Notes: generated from the letters alone by a model not told the origin. Numbered from the whole stretch's first letter, positions 1 through 13,273 are shown. The stretch is 63,941 nucleotides of DNA, filler included, from Rhabdomonas costata (GCA_019059605.1; 56 parts of 56 records of this genome joined end to end with filler, not necessarily neighbours in it); one strand, 5' to 3'. A program made the numbers and translations.

Positions 1-741
1 CGGGCATTTCCAGTGATGTGTGCTTTTATTTCTCTCGCAGGGAGTTAGGAAGCCTTGGCTGTGTCCCATAGGACAAGATATTTCTTCTCGCAGGGGGTTG
101 GTAAGCCTTGCCCGTGTCCCCTAGAAAGAGGGTCACTGCGAAAGTTATGCCGAACATCACTTCACTTTACACATATCCAAGTTTTGCACGAACACTTCTG
201 CTTTCTTCTTCTGGAGAAAACTCCAATTCCCTGCCCGCCATGTTACAACCGCGCCCTATCCCACTGCGGCTAGGCCCTACCTGAGCCCTTCCTAGTATCA
301 TCATATGCAGGGAGACTTTGGACACTTTTCGGCGAGAGGGTGTCGCATCTTCTCTCCCACCCCAAGTGCCGAATGTATTGGGACTTGGCTACCGGCTAAC
401 GGGATGGCAGCTCCGCCGGAAAACCTTCCACCCAAGGGCCCACGGATTCGGAATGCTGATTGGTCCAATTCTGTCGTATTAGGGGAAAACAAACCCGTGG
501 CCTCCAGCTTTCTCCTCTGCAGTTATTTCGACTCATTCTTGGAGGATTTATGAAAGGATGGAAACCTTCCTAAAACGAGGAAAGCTTCCCGGAGAGTCCC
601 ATCTCCAAGATCTATATCCTGAATCTTGAGATCCAGGACTGAGATATATTCCTGAATCCTGCGATGAAATTGTCAGAGATTGACTTTATTCTCGGATGAT
701 GGAAGAGCTGACCCGCCGGATAAGCCAAAGATCACTCACGA

Positions 742-742
742 A

Positions 743-778
<36 letters not shown>
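742..778 (+). repeat. (GCAC)n microsatellite in intron
   Basis: Direct reading. Confidence 0.95.
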
Positions 779-785
779 GGCATAC

Positions 786-910
786 CCGGGATTCGCCCCA
801 TTGGTGGCGCATCAGCTTAAAGTTCCGCAGCCGCCCAAACTCGCCCAGCACAGAGACGACCTGCTCCTCTCGGACGTCCGCCGGGATCCCGCCGAGAAAC
901 ATCGTGTCGT
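786..910 (-). CDS. Exon encoding part of an RRM domain (U2AF65 RRM2/CstF64-like RNA-binding protein)
   Basis: DDTMFLGGIPADVREEQVVSVLGEFGRLRNFKLMRHQWGESR: RNP2-like MFLGGI then FG helix motif; bounded by CAG acceptor and GTATGC donor just before the expected RNP1. Confidence 0.75.
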
Positions 911-1044
911 CTGAGGGTCGCCCAGGCTTCGGAATGCCCGAAATGTCACACCCCAGCGGGTATTCTGCGCACGGAGAACAGGGCGAGACCTCTGAAGATG
1001 CCGTCTCAGAAACCCAAACCAAATACATGCAAATACACCAAAAC

Positions 1045-1144
1045 NNNNNNNNNNNNNNNNNNNNNNNNNNNNNNNNNNNNNNNNNNNNTTAATTAATTAA
1101 NNNNNNNNNNNNNNNNNNNNNNNNNNNNNNNNNNNNNNNNNNNN
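1045..1144. other. Artificial contig spacer (N44 + TTAATTAATTAA + N44), recurring about every 1144 nt (55 times)
   Basis: Identical 100-nt block with six-frame stop linker; contigs between spacers are all about 1.04 kb, consistent with size-sorted concatenation. Confidence 0.99.
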
Positions 1145-1255
1145 TATCTGTAGTGCTTTCCCATCTCACTGGTGTCTCGTCGTTGTGTGACCTTCCCAAT
1201 GATCCAGTGTTTTCTTTCATCGGTTTTGTCCCGTAATGGGGTCTGGTGAGAGTGG

Positions 1256-2108
1256 GTGTCGATGAGGGCAGTGGGGGGGATGGGGGCTGCGCAGGCCGCC
1301 CTGCAGGAGGGCAGCGCCAGCTGGGTGGAGCTGGCTTCGGCGTTGTTGCAGTTCAGCTGCCCTACGCTGCGCTCGGAGGACCTCCCCGCGCTGGCTCTGA
1401 AGTGCATGTCCTGCAAGCTAGACGCTGGTCTCTTCCAACTCACCCTTCCTCCCGCCGAGGTTCCGGCTATCCGCACCTTGTCATTCGAGTCCGGTAGTTG
1501 GTTTCTAGACTTTCTTGATTTGAGAGGTTACCAGTGACGTTGAAGGCGCACACCGTTGAAAGTGCTGGTTTGCGGTGGCTGCCTGTATTGTGTCATGAAA
1601 TTTCGTGGCGGAGCGCAGTGGAGAGGGGGGTACATATCCTTGACTGTCAACGCATTGCGTGGGCCTAGCTGGCATGGAAACCAGATGCTAATATCACATT
1701 CTCTTTTGGGAAGGTGCCGGGTCAGCCGAAGACACTCAAGAATGCAACGCTAGGGTATCAGCACTCATGATCCTACGGGGTCTGACACCAAACAACAAGC
1801 GAAAAGAAATAAATCTCAAGCTCTCTCTTGCAGGAAGGTCTTCTGAATGTAGCTCCCGGCAAGTCCACGAAGGGTTTCGCAGACCCAACCCAAGGGCAGC
1901 TGCCGTCAAGGCAGGCATGTGGTCTTTGTATATTTCGACGGTTGTTGCTACAGACGAACCGCACACACATGTGCGCACATATGCGGTGCCATCACCCCCA
2001 CCCCGGTCCACTTTGCAACACAAGGGGTGGAAGAGGGCACCTCGGTGGAGGCCGCGCTCAGGATGGAGCTGGGCAACCTCGACCGGCTGCTGCTCATGGT
2101 CCTCTCAG
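1256..2108 (+). CDS. Two exons of an uncharacterised protein (about 1256-1493 and 2025-2108) with a phase-1 GT-AG intron 1494-2024
   Basis: GC3-rich codons; ...SFES G|gtagtt...acacaag|GG VEEGTSVEAALRMELGNLDRLLLMVLS splices in frame; start of first exon uncertain. Confidence 0.6.
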
Positions 2109-2989
2109 GTCCTGGCCCACCTCATTTTTTCGCGCGTGCGCCGTCGCGCAATTCCACAGCGACCTTCGTTTTCTGTTACCAACAAACANNNNNNNNNNNN
2201 NNNNNNNNNNNNNNNNNNNNNNNNNNNNNNNNTTAATTAATTAANNNNNNNNNNNNNNNNNNNNNNNNNNNNNNNNNNNNNNNNNNNNTCGCGTCCGAGA
2301 GGGAGCTAGCGATGCGCAGCCCGCTGGAATTCAGTTACATGCTCACCCCATTGAAAGTCACAGTTTGTGTGCTTCTGTGCCTGCGTTCGGGACGGCCCCC
2401 GCGCTGCCTCCATTCCTGGCTGAGCTGGGCAGGGATTCACTTCGTCACAATTGTCCAACCACCGTCACAAAACCATACATAAAGTGGAACTTTGGGAGCC
2501 AGAAAAAGGTGATTTCTTTCAGAATCCTCTGTTTTCTCACAGAAAAGCTGTTGATTTTGTCCCCAAAAGCATCTTTCCAAAGCTCAAGCGATGCTGACGC
2601 CTCCCACTACCGCACCGAATCATCGAAGTGGTGATCGGCTATGTCCGGCTATTTGCTTTATTGGTTCCTCTATTCTTGGACCCCACTGATGGACTCTTGA
2701 AAGCTTGCACACGGTCGAAGAAGCGGTAGGTCATGCATAATGTCCTGCTCAGCTTTGCTGCAACCTGCTAGGAGGCACATTTACAAGCCTTGAATCCTTG
2801 GGTTAAGTGAGTTGGTTGCTCGTCTTTTGGGTTCCTATCTGTCCGCTAGACTGTTCTGGTTTTTTTTTGCATTACCGCCCTCCTCCTTCTTTCCCTGCTT
2901 CCCTGTCGTTGTCGCTCTGCTAAGACTTGATCGTTTTTGTCCGGACCGGGCACCCCCCCCCTCCCCTTCTAAGAGTGCGGAGGAGCAGA

Positions 2990-3332
2990 ATGTCTGCCGA
3001 GGAGGACACCGCCGCAATGGCCGTGGACGGCTCTGTCGAGAAACCGGACGATGACGGTCCCTCTCCGATGGAGAGCGATACCCTCCCTGAGCCCCTGGGG
3101 TGCTCTTCCTCGTCGGCAGCTGCGGAGGAAGCAGAGGAAGGCTCCTCCTCCAACGACCGAGATGTTGACATGGCTTCGCCAGAGGGCGGCACCGACGGAG
3201 CGGATGAGAACAGGAACGGGAACGATATGGAGAAGCCCAACACCACCTCTGAGTCTGCCGGGGCTCCCAAACCTGATGCACTACTGGGCAGCCCTCCCAC
3301 CAATTCTGCCCCCACCCCCACCGGGCCCACGA
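2990..3332 (+). CDS. N-terminus of acidic low-complexity protein (partial)
   Basis: MSAEEDTAAMAVDGSVEKPDDDG... open to contig end, preceded by a long pyrimidine tract and AG. Confidence 0.6.
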
Positions 3333-3696
3333 NNNNNNNNNNNNNNNNNNNNNNNNNNNNNNNNNNNNNNNNNNNNTTAATTAATTAANNNNNNNNNNNN
3401 NNNNNNNNNNNNNNNNNNNNNNNNNNNNNNNNGTGGTGGGTGTGTTTGGTGTTTGTTGTAACGCACGGGGAAGGAAGACGTTGATCTGGAGGTGCACGAC
3501 GGTAGTACCCCTCTGTTCACATTTCCGCCCCTCCCTCCTTCTTTCAGATCCAGAGGGTTGTTCGACTGCACGACATCACTCTGGAGTGCCTTGAACAGGT
3601 CTGTCTTTCCCTTGCCCGTAAGCAAAGACGGCTTGGGGGAGGGGGCAAGGGGCTTCGTGCCCTTCTTACGGGCTTTACCATCACATGCTTTCGCAG

Positions 3697-4145
3697 TCCA
3701 TCCGTGAGGTCTGGAGGATCCCCAACGAGCTTAACTTCACCATCGCGCTGGCCACCATGGACCAAGTTTGCGACCAACGTGGGGTGCTCCGGCTGCATTT
3801 TCTGGAGCACCTGGTTGTCCATGTGAGCGCGGCCGTGGGCGTGCCGGGATGCCCTGAGTCCCTCAACGAGTCCGCTCCCGAGGACGTGGATCCTCGGGAG
3901 GGGCATGTTGCACATATTCTGGCCAGCGCACTGGCTTCTCAGCATTCTCGCAACCCTGAGACAGACAAGGCCGAAGAGAAGGAGGCAGAGAAGGACGCCA
4001 AGCCTCCTGGTGCCGACGCAAAGCCTCAGACATCAGACGCCAAGGCTGAGGCTGATAAAGCTCGTGAAGGTAGTCCAGTAGCAGCCTCGGGCGCCTCGGG
4101 TGGCAGTTCTGGGAGTGGGGGCTCGGACTCGGATTCGAACGACGG
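3697..4145 (+). CDS. Internal exon, uncharacterised protein
   Basis: tttcgcag| acceptor, |gtgagt donor, open frame SIREVWRIPNELNFTIALATMDQ...SDSDSND with GC3 bias. Confidence 0.7.
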
Positions 4146-4756
4146 GTGAGTGCCGAGCCGGTTTTAAAATCACTTCACTGCACGAACGTCACTGGGTCGC
4201 TGAGCGTGTGTACCGCTTTTTATCGCCGTAGATCGTTGGCTAACTTGTCTCTGGTGTGCTTGGCCTCTGGACACCTTGTGTTCACGTTTGGCCTTGACCT
4301 GAGACAACGTTTTTCAAGAAGCTGGGAGAGAGAACTTCAGCTGGAGCGATCATTTGTTGGTTCAACCTTCCCACCCTTTTATCGGGCCAATTGCTGGGCT
4401 GCATCCAGGGAATCTCTGACACGCTATGGTCACAACATTACCAAGTGTAGCCGTCACTGTTTCCGACAATTTACCTNNNNNNNNNNNNNNNNNNNNNNNN
4501 NNNNNNNNNNNNNNNNNNNNTTAATTAATTAANNNNNNNNNNNNNNNNNNNNNNNNNNNNNNNNNNNNNNNNNNNNTGTTGTGGGGTAGCAACCCAGCTG
4601 TGACAATTGATGTGGTTGCACGTGTGAGTGGGGGTGGGGTGGGGGTGCTAAAACATCACCGCGGAGACATGGTTTGAATGCAGGCAAATAATTTACATCC
4701 GACCACGTGGACGATGAGGAAATGATGAGCAATTGAGAAGAGCAATGTGCATCAAC

Positions 4757-4874
4757 CTTGGGAGGAGTCCACCACAAATGCATCCACCCCGGCGGCGGCG
4801 AGGGCATCCGCCCTTTCCCGGTCATCGGCACGGGTCCCGATGGCGGCCGCAACCAGCAGTCGGTCATTCTTGTC
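4757..4874 (-). CDS. IMPDH: Exon of inosine-5'-monophosphate dehydrogenase
   Basis: Own translation (frame not in ORF track): DKNDRLLVAAAIGTRADDRERADALAAAGVDAFVVDSSQG matches the IMPDH LLxxAAIGT...AGVDxxVxDSSQG segment; CAG acceptor and GT donor. Confidence 0.9.
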
Positions 4875-5720
4875 CTGACTGTGAGGTACCAAAAATGCAA
4901 TTTACCAGAAGCATGCAATGTATGCTGTGGTGCAGAGGTGCGAAGTTCTGGGGCTGGGCGTGAAGGGCTCAAGAGTGGAAGTAGTCCTGGCAGCTTGTGT
5001 TTTTTATAGAAATTGTCATCATATGCTCATAGACGAGCAACTGAAAAGTGCACCCCTATTCAAATCGGGAATTTCGGGATCAGCTGTTTTCAGTTGAAGA
5101 TGTCCTTCACTAATATTTATGCCTGTCGTGCTTTTGCTCCCGCCTCTAGCGCCTGGTATGGCGTGAGCCATTGCTAACAAACCACCAGTTTTACGTGTGC
5201 TCTTCTCCTCACGTGTTTTCTTTCGCAGGCAGCAACACTCTTTTTACTGTCGCAGATTGCAATGGTTTTGATTCCGCTTCTTTTCTAGCACACCACTCAA
5301 CACGTGTAAATCGAATGGGAAAAAGTGACCTCTTGCTATTGCTGCAGGGTGGTGGTGGGACAGTGAGGAGGGGGCAATGATCTCCCAAGAGAGCTACAAC
5401 CGTGTACACGAGCAAAGGTATCACAATCATGCATACTATAATTCCCACCCCGACATAGAAGAAGAACCTGGACCAGGGATAATCCCTGTTGTGCTTCAAG
5501 TCGATGCGAGACGTCAACGACACCAGCTCGTACCTGAGCGTTCCCACATGGCAGCTCATGAGGGTTTCATGATCCATTCCTTTCAAAAATTCACTTGACT
5601 TTACCCAGTCACACAACACANNNNNNNNNNNNNNNNNNNNNNNNNNNNNNNNNNNNNNNNNNNNTTAATTAATTAANNNNNNNNNNNNNNNNNNNNNNNN
5701 NNNNNNNNNNNNNNNNNNNN

Positions 5721-5886
5721 AATACTGTTGTGCATCTATACGCATACAAAACCAAAGTTAAAATATGAAACAGAACTTAACTATGTTAACCGTTACCACT
5801 GGTACCACTGGTAACGGTTAACATAGTTAAGTTCTGTTTCATATTTTAACTTTGGTTTTGTATGCGTATAGATGCACAACAGTATT
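5721..5886. repeat. Perfect 78-bp inverted repeat (5721-5798 / 5809-5886) at contig start
   Basis: Arms are exact reverse complements around a 10-nt loop CTGGTACCAC. Confidence 0.95.
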
Positions 5887-8800
5887 GGCGATGATGTTGT
5901 CACCCGTAAAATTCATTTTTCCGCCGCACAACTTTGCGGTCCATATACTTTCTCGTGTTAATATGGCACACACAACATTTTCACATATCTCTAGATTGAA
6001 TATAATAAGATGACATGTTTAATTTCCAAAAAAAAAATACGTCTTAATAAAGTCTCATATTTACCGTATTAAGATTCTATTACAATATTTGATCTACGTT
6101 GCATAAAAAAATTCCATTTTGCTTTGAAATATAGTTGTAAACATATCGCATAATTATAATAATTAAAGTGTGCATCCAAATTTAGATTTTTTGGTTTTGA
6201 ATGAATATGAATAGTTTTTCATTATTGTACAGATAATACAGATAATATTCGCATTGGTGTACATATATTTCGTGTCCATGTCTTTTGTTTCGGTAATGAT
6301 GTGTCATCGTTTCATTTGTACTGCAATGATATCTACCCCACAAAACCACGCGCACACACACACACACACGCAACAGAAAGTTAAAGACAGTATTGCCCGC
6401 GTCAAAAGAAATCCAACGCTTCACCGTCAGCCAGTTTCGTGGCTTTTCACATGCGGACATCTTGAAAGCCGGATAATGAAAACTAAACGGCAGTAAAAAC
6501 CTAAGGCAGCGAAGCACCACCACCGTGTGGTAGACTTCCGACGGACCTGCCACGAAAGAGGGTCAGTCCAAAGACAACCACATCTTGGGACGACGCGCAC
6601 ACCAGCGCGGCACAACAGCAAGTCCACGTCCCTTCCACAGAGAGAAGGAACTGCAAAGTTAAGGCCGCAGGGAAGGAACAAACAATTCCCACTCAAACAA
6701 CGGCGCAATACAGACACAAAGTAAACCCGAATCATCCCGCCTCTGATCAACGAATGTCCCCACANNNNNNNNNNNNNNNNNNNNNNNNNNNNNNNNNNNN
6801 NNNNNNNNTTAATTAATTAANNNNNNNNNNNNNNNNNNNNNNNNNNNNNNNNNNNNNNNNNNNNGGTTGTTGGGTGATCGCACGATCAGCCCAAGCCAAC
6901 TGCTGGAGCTTTGCCGGTGCGTTGTTCACCTTCTTCTGATGTTGTCCGTGCAGTGGCGGTGGAGGGCAGGGTTGCTTGGCTCTCAACTGCAACTTCGGGT
7001 GGGTCGTGTTGGTTTTGCTGCGAACTCAGGCGCGGGTTTTCGGGACACTCGCATTCATGTTTGCTCTTCCACGACCACATGATTAGTATTTTTTCTTCTT
7101 CCATTACTCGGATTTTTCCCTCTGCCGCTCAATGGTGGTCCGTTATAACTGATGATGCCGTTATTCTTCTTCTTCTTCTTTGCTTAGACTTTTTTACCTG
7201 ATGCCGTTGAGCGATGTGCAAGTGTGGATGGCAGTGACACGGTTGCTTTCGTAATCAGGTGGAAGGGACGTGCTCCTTCGGATGTGTCTCGCCGTACCAT
7301 CACGTCATGATCACTCCCATCGTGATCTCCTCTGTACTTTTGTCCCCCTTCAACATCGACATCCCCCCTCGACTACTCTGATCTCCCACTTCAATAGAGT
7401 CTTCTCACTCACTACCTTGTCTCCTGTTTTCCCTTTTACCCTCCCTGTCCTGATGACTGTAAAGAAAGCCATAAGTAGCAGTAGGGCTGCCGAGGATGCC
7501 GCTGTGCTGCGGCCCTTCTTGCCCGAACCCTGCGAGCCCGTCGCGGGCGATCGCATCAACAATGACAAGTGCGACTTCTCTTTCCAGGACCCGAAGATGC
7601 ACACGCAGAGGGACGAGCTGCGACTCAGGTCCCGCCAACAGCAACTGGCACAGCGATCGGGCCCACCGTGGTCACCTCTTAGGTAGTGTTGTACACCGAC
7701 AACGAGAACGTCTCTTTTGGGGTGGCCCCGTTGAGCTCCAGTCATAATGCCTTGGTGGTAGGTGACGATGTTTTCCGCCGCAGTCGTTCAAATCATGGAG
7801 TAATCGGGCAAATCTTAAGGATCCTTGAGGATGTTGCTGCTCTGTGTTCCACCGGAACTTTGTGTGCTCTGTGATCACCTTTCTTCGGTGATCACAGAGC
7901 ACACAACANNNNNNNNNNNNNNNNNNNNNNNNNNNNNNNNNNNNNNNNNNNNTTAATTAATTAANNNNNNNNNNNNNNNNNNNNNNNNNNNNNNNNNNNN
8001 NNNNNNNNGGGTGGTGGTGACTCATTGATATGCCACGGAACCCCAGACGAGAGTCCAGCACATCAATGCGCACCTGCACACACCTACACAACCGCCGCTA
8101 TGTGTGTATGTGTCCGTTCTTGCGTGCCTGAGTTCTTTTGCAGGTTGTGCACTGGATGGTTGTCTGTCCTTTTCTGTTGTGATTAACCGTGAACTTTCCT
8201 GTGTGCTTTGGTTGCCAATCCCATGTGCTAGTTCGTGTATTCTCCTCTTGGAAGGTTCCGTGTGTGTGGATTTTGCCCATATGCAGCCCTTTCCGCCTCC
8301 CGCTCCCCCCTTCTGAGAGTCCGGATTTCTGTGTCGTCTTTTCCTACTTTGCCTGTGGTGGCTGTTCTTTTTTAGTATAGATGGGTAGGGAGGTGATCAA
8401 CGGGTTTGACTTAAGCGCCGATCCACTTGAGGCCACCCCGTTCCATAAATTGACAGTTTTCGGCAAACGGCTGTTCTGCCTCTGGCGACACACCAAAACC
8501 GACAGAATCCCCCCTGCATGCTCAGCCATGCTCAGGTGTATGCTAGTCTGCTAGTCTGCTAGTCACAGGCAACCCAACATACACGGTGTGGTGTGTGTGT
8601 GCGTGTGTTTTATCGGCGGAACTCTCACTGTATAGTCGGCTCTCTCCGGAGCGGCACCTGGCGGGAGTTTTGTCTTTGTGTTTCTTCTGCCTGAAATCCG
8701 CGGAGCCGCACACCGTGGTTTTCATGGTTCTTTGCGCACGCGGGTTTGATTTATTTTCGCACGGCCGTTTGACCCATACGCCGCAATATTCACTGCTCCC

Positions 8801-11554
8801 TCACACACATGCAAGCATTTGAGCTGCCTTTCCTCTTCTCCGGTTGAGCCTTTGCTTCAGTCAGTATAGCCTTCTGTGTGTGTATGTGTGTATTAGGCGC
8901 ATTGTGCGCTGGTTGTTGCCTGGTTGACTGGTTGCTTGGTTGTTGGTGACCACTGTGGACTGACGGGCGCACGCGCTTTTGGCCACACGGGTGCTCGCGA
9001 GAGGTACCGTTGGAGTGAATGGTGCCGTGGGAACCGGAACCGGCTCACCGCNNNNNNNNNNNNNNNNNNNNNNNNNNNNNNNNNNNNNNNNNNNNTTAAT
9101 TAATTAANNNNNNNNNNNNNNNNNNNNNNNNNNNNNNNNNNNNNNNNNNNNCCTCCATTCCTTTGTCTTTTTGTTTCTCGACTTTCTGGTGAAGCGGTCC
9201 TTTTCTTGTAATCTTAGTTCGGGTTCAATTTTGTTGTGTACTTCTTTTTCGGGACTCTTTTGGTGTCTTACAGTTCCGGTAAAATGTAACCGCTTACTTC
9301 CATCCAAGCTGTGAATTAACAGTTGATGTCCATTCTAAAATGATCCAATCGAGCGCGCTTGGTTTGGTCGCACACCTGTTTTTTTGCCACTGCCCGGGGC
9401 TTTCGGATGCAGCATCTGCCGCCGCCGTATCCTCCATTCTCTGTTTCCAGTCATGGCTGAACGAGACTCGAGCCCGCCGACACTACAGGCGGCACCTCCT
9501 GCAGCTTGGAATGGATATGTTCAAGGACCAGCTCAACGAGCAGGTTCTGTGGTTTTTGCACCGGGGGTACCCCCTCACCTATTGGATTCCAACAGCGAAA
9601 GAAAGCAACTGGAAATGCAGTACGAATTACAGAGCCTGAGGAAGCCCGTCTCCACGTGTGGGGACCCCCATACCGAATGTATGGTATAGGGTGCCCTGGT
9701 TCATACCAGGGTCCAGCTATCTACAGGTGGACCAGTAGGGCGCAGAGGCCCAACGCATAACCCAAATCTATCCGAATTTCTCTTCTAGCCCCCTGAGAAA
9801 AATTCTCTTCATTGAATTTTCCCGCTTCGGATTTACAGTCTTTTCGCATGACTTGAGAGGCCCTGGGCTCACGCAGACAACAGACACCAAATGATGACCT
9901 TCCAAATCGTAGTCATTCTTGTCTTGGTTGTCCATGCATTTTCTTGTTGGCTTGCTTGTCAGCTCATCTCTGCCCAGCGACATACCAGCCGAAGATTAAA
10001 GGACCGTCCATGCGGCGTTTCGGCGCCTCTGCTCCAATTTCTCCAATTTCGGACAAAACTTACCTGGGTTTCCAGAAATACAGGCTGTTGGCAGGCGGAT
10101 TTTATTATTGATATACCAATCCACGTCGCTGCCCCCCCCCCCCCCCCCCCCCCTCGTCCGCACACACACACAAACAGACACACACACACTCACACNNNNN
10201 NNNNNNNNNNNNNNNNNNNNNNNNNNNNNNNNNNNNNNNTTAATTAATTAANNNNNNNNNNNNNNNNNNNNNNNNNNNNNNNNNNNNNNNNNNNNTCCCC
10301 CATCTCCAAAATTGCCTGAAAGTGAGGCCCTCAGTGGAGGACTTGCCCTGTAGGGGTTGGCTTCAAGGTTTGGCACCGACTCAACAGGTCTGTGTAATAG
10401 GGTAGAACGTGAATAGCTGTGGCTGTCCGGACTCTCCCTTTTTTCCCCTTTTCCTTGCTTCTTCCTCGTGAGGGTTAACAGCCTTCAAAGAAAGTGGGAT
10501 TTTCTGGTTCGTTTTGGTCGTAAAAAGAGCGGAATACCTTGAGGTGAAGGTCTCCGTGCACTGTCCTTTTTCTCCAGCCGCGGCAAAAAGGGAGTTTAGT
10601 TGCCTGAACAAAAAAAGGCCAGGACATAGTTCTCAAGAATTAGTTTGTCTACTTCGGTATTGCAAAGGTCCCTTTGCCCCAGTTTGGTGCACTCTGTACG
10701 CACGGCTTGACCCGCCGGGTCCCTGGGGCTCTTGAGGTGCGGAGTCATGAATGTGCAATAGTCGTGCGTGTCACTGTCGCGGGTGATTTTTGCGATGGCA
10801 ACCTCATCTTGCAGGAAGCTGCTTTACAGCCGACGGTTGCAGCTTCCGTGTTTTTCCAACGCGACTCGATCACATGGGTGGGCTGCAATGCCTCCCCAGG
10901 GGTTTCCAGGCTGCGGACTCTGTCGCTGAACGATACGGAGGTATACAAAGTGCTGCCCACGAACGCTGCTCGGTGCGGCTGGGTCTACAGCCACAAGAAC
11001 TCTGATGAGTTGACTGAGCAATTGCTGGTGTTCGCATTTCCGCGCCCCTTTACGCATTCCCGCGCCCGCCTGCCTAGCATATTCACCAGAAATATTCTCC
11101 CATGATCTGTAGAAAATGCGCGTTGGCTGTTCTTACACCGGGAGTTTGCGTTGGGAGAATGAGGACACCGTAGCTGAACTGAGCTGTTGCACTAGTGCGA
11201 AAGCAATGGGTTTAACACCTTCCTTGCAAACCCCTTGATTCACTGGACTGTGGACAGCGGACGACGTAAGCCAAGAACTTTGGCGTCGGAAATGTCGAGA
11301 TACCGCAAGATTGGTTCACCAACCTCCGTCTTCAACCAANNNNNNNNNNNNNNNNNNNNNNNNNNNNNNNNNNNNNNNNNNNNTTAATTAATTAANNNNN
11401 NNNNNNNNNNNNNNNNNNNNNNNNNNNNNNNNNNNNNNNTGTGGTTTGCGGTTAGAGGGGGAGCATCTGCCGCGCTTTGGCGGGGTTTTTTGGGGGGGCA
11501 TGTCTCGAGACATTTGGCGGATACCATGGTGGGGTGGTCATAAAACCCGCGCGA

Positions 11555-11840
11555 AAGGAGAACTTCCAGAAAAGATCCGAACCCACACACCGGTAGCGCC
11601 GTTTGTGACCATGGAGGAGAATCAACGTCGTCCTGAAGACAGAGCATGAATGTCGTCAGTGAGAAAGTCAAGACTGTATGGGCTCCTCTGCTGCTCTCCA
11701 GTGGAAATAAGAAACACCACCAAGCTCAGGTGGTACTTCCCTTACAAAGAGGGAATCCATGTCACAGTTGCAACATCGGAGAGAGAAAACTCCAATGGAA
11801 TCATCGAAAGGACCCACTTCGACGTAAAAAAAAAGACGGC
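11555..11840 (+). mobile_element. Degenerate retroviral-type (rve) integrase remnant
   Basis: GIHVTVATSERENSNGIIERTHFDVKKK resembles the (P)xSNGxxERxHxxxK motif carrying the catalytic E; upstream GELPEKIRT (ORF ended by a stop) resembles GxPxxIxxD. Confidence 0.55.
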
Positions 11841-12064
11841 ACAGGCACGTCGTATCCACAACAGGTCTCATGGGGAGCGAGACGGAGCCTAAAACCAAGT
11901 AACACTAGTACATGATACAGAAATCTACCGTCTTTTGCCCGTTCTCGAGCACAACATCTGCGTTGGTGCTGTTGCGCAGCTACGCGGACGCCGTGCGCAG
12001 TCGCCCACCCCCACCCCCACGGCGCAATTCTCGGGGGGCCATGCGGCTCCAGGAAATCACACGG

Positions 12065-12101
<37 letters not shown>

Positions 12102-12359
12102 GATGGGCACGGCGCACGCCCTCAACCCAACGCACAAAGTGGTGTTCAGCACGGACATCAGAACCTCCAACGCGCCAACAACAAAAAAGAGAAATCGTTG
12201 CTGGCACACCGGCGTGCAGGTGGGCGGACGGTGTGCCAACCCACAGTTCTTTCTCTAATCAATGCCCAAAGTCCGATGTAAAGCCAGTGCAAAAACAAAA
12301 GGTCCTCCCAAGCTTGTGTAAAGGCAGGAAGTCCCAAAAGCACCCAAAATGGTCCTTAA

Positions 12360-12484
12360 ATGGCCTCTAGCGTGGCTCTAAACCGAAGCATTCCGGCCCA
12401 CTCCGGTGCCAGCATGAAGTACTACTGGGCTCTACCCTTAGGTATGCCAAGCAGGACCCCGCCGAAAGCTTAAGTTCAGTATGC
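12360..12484 (+). repeat. Dispersed repeat of about 125 bp, copy 1 (copy 2 at about 54907-55030)
   Basis: TGGCCTCTAGCGTGGCTCTAAACCGAAGCATTCCGGCCCACTCCGGT... is shared by two contig ends with a few substitutions. Confidence 0.9.
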
Positions 12485-13018
12485 NNNNNNNNNNNNNNNN
12501 NNNNNNNNNNNNNNNNNNNNNNNNNNNNTTAATTAATTAANNNNNNNNNNNNNNNNNNNNNNNNNNNNNNNNNNNNNNNNNNNNGTGGGTGTGGTTGCAG
12601 TTGCAATATTCTTACATTCGACAAACTCTGTGACGAATGCATTTTAGAACGGAAAAGAAAAGGTGATAATGGAAGTACGGCTGTACGGATACATTGCAAA
12701 ATTGTAATGGTCTGTAGTTGGCTTTGTAGCAGTCTGTATATTGTAGAGAAAGATTATATATGTTCTTCCCACGATTCAACTTTATCTTTTGCCGTTGGCC
12801 TGCGCTACTGCTTTTATGTTTTTACGTGTTAGAAAACATATGAAAATATAAATTAGTACAATTGCAAACATATATAGTATTCATAAAAATTGAAATTTGA
12901 TTATACTGTAACGTTTATATACACATGTAATAGCACTGTAAGCGAGGATTCGATTTTGGCTTCTTGATTAAAACTAGTCGTCTATCTGCGCTTTCTTCGA
13001 ACTCACTTTTGCTTGACA

Positions 13019-13273
13019 ATGTCTGTCGCAATGTCTTGCACATTTTGTGATCAAGGAGAAGTGATTAACAATGGTGCATGCAACAAATGCCTCTGCATTG
13101 AGGGTCTCAGTTGTCCGATGTGTCGACGTGATCTGTGCCCGAACTGCAAGTTTTGCTCTCGTTGTGATGACAAGTGGTCCTGTTCTTGTGAGACATGCGA
13201 ACAGGAGGCCAACGACCAAAACGAAGATCGTGAGAGGTACATGTATGAACGAGAAAGACGTTCTGTCTGGTAA
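13019..13273 (+). CDS. Small intronless Cys-rich (Zn-binding-like) protein
   Basis: MSVAMSCTFC...CNKCLC...CPMC...CPNCKFCSRC...CSCETC; many CxxC pairs, AT-rich upstream region. Confidence 0.5.
   Translation: MSVAMSCTFCDQGEVINNGACNKCLCIEGLSCPMCRRDLCPNCKFCSRCDDKWSCSCETCEQEANDQNEDRERYMYERERRSVW

Noticed and set aside
590-690. Short ATCCTGAATC repeats as a non-conventional euglenid intron signature
   Set aside because: No flanking exons to define boundaries; I could not demonstrate any non-GT/GC intron in this window
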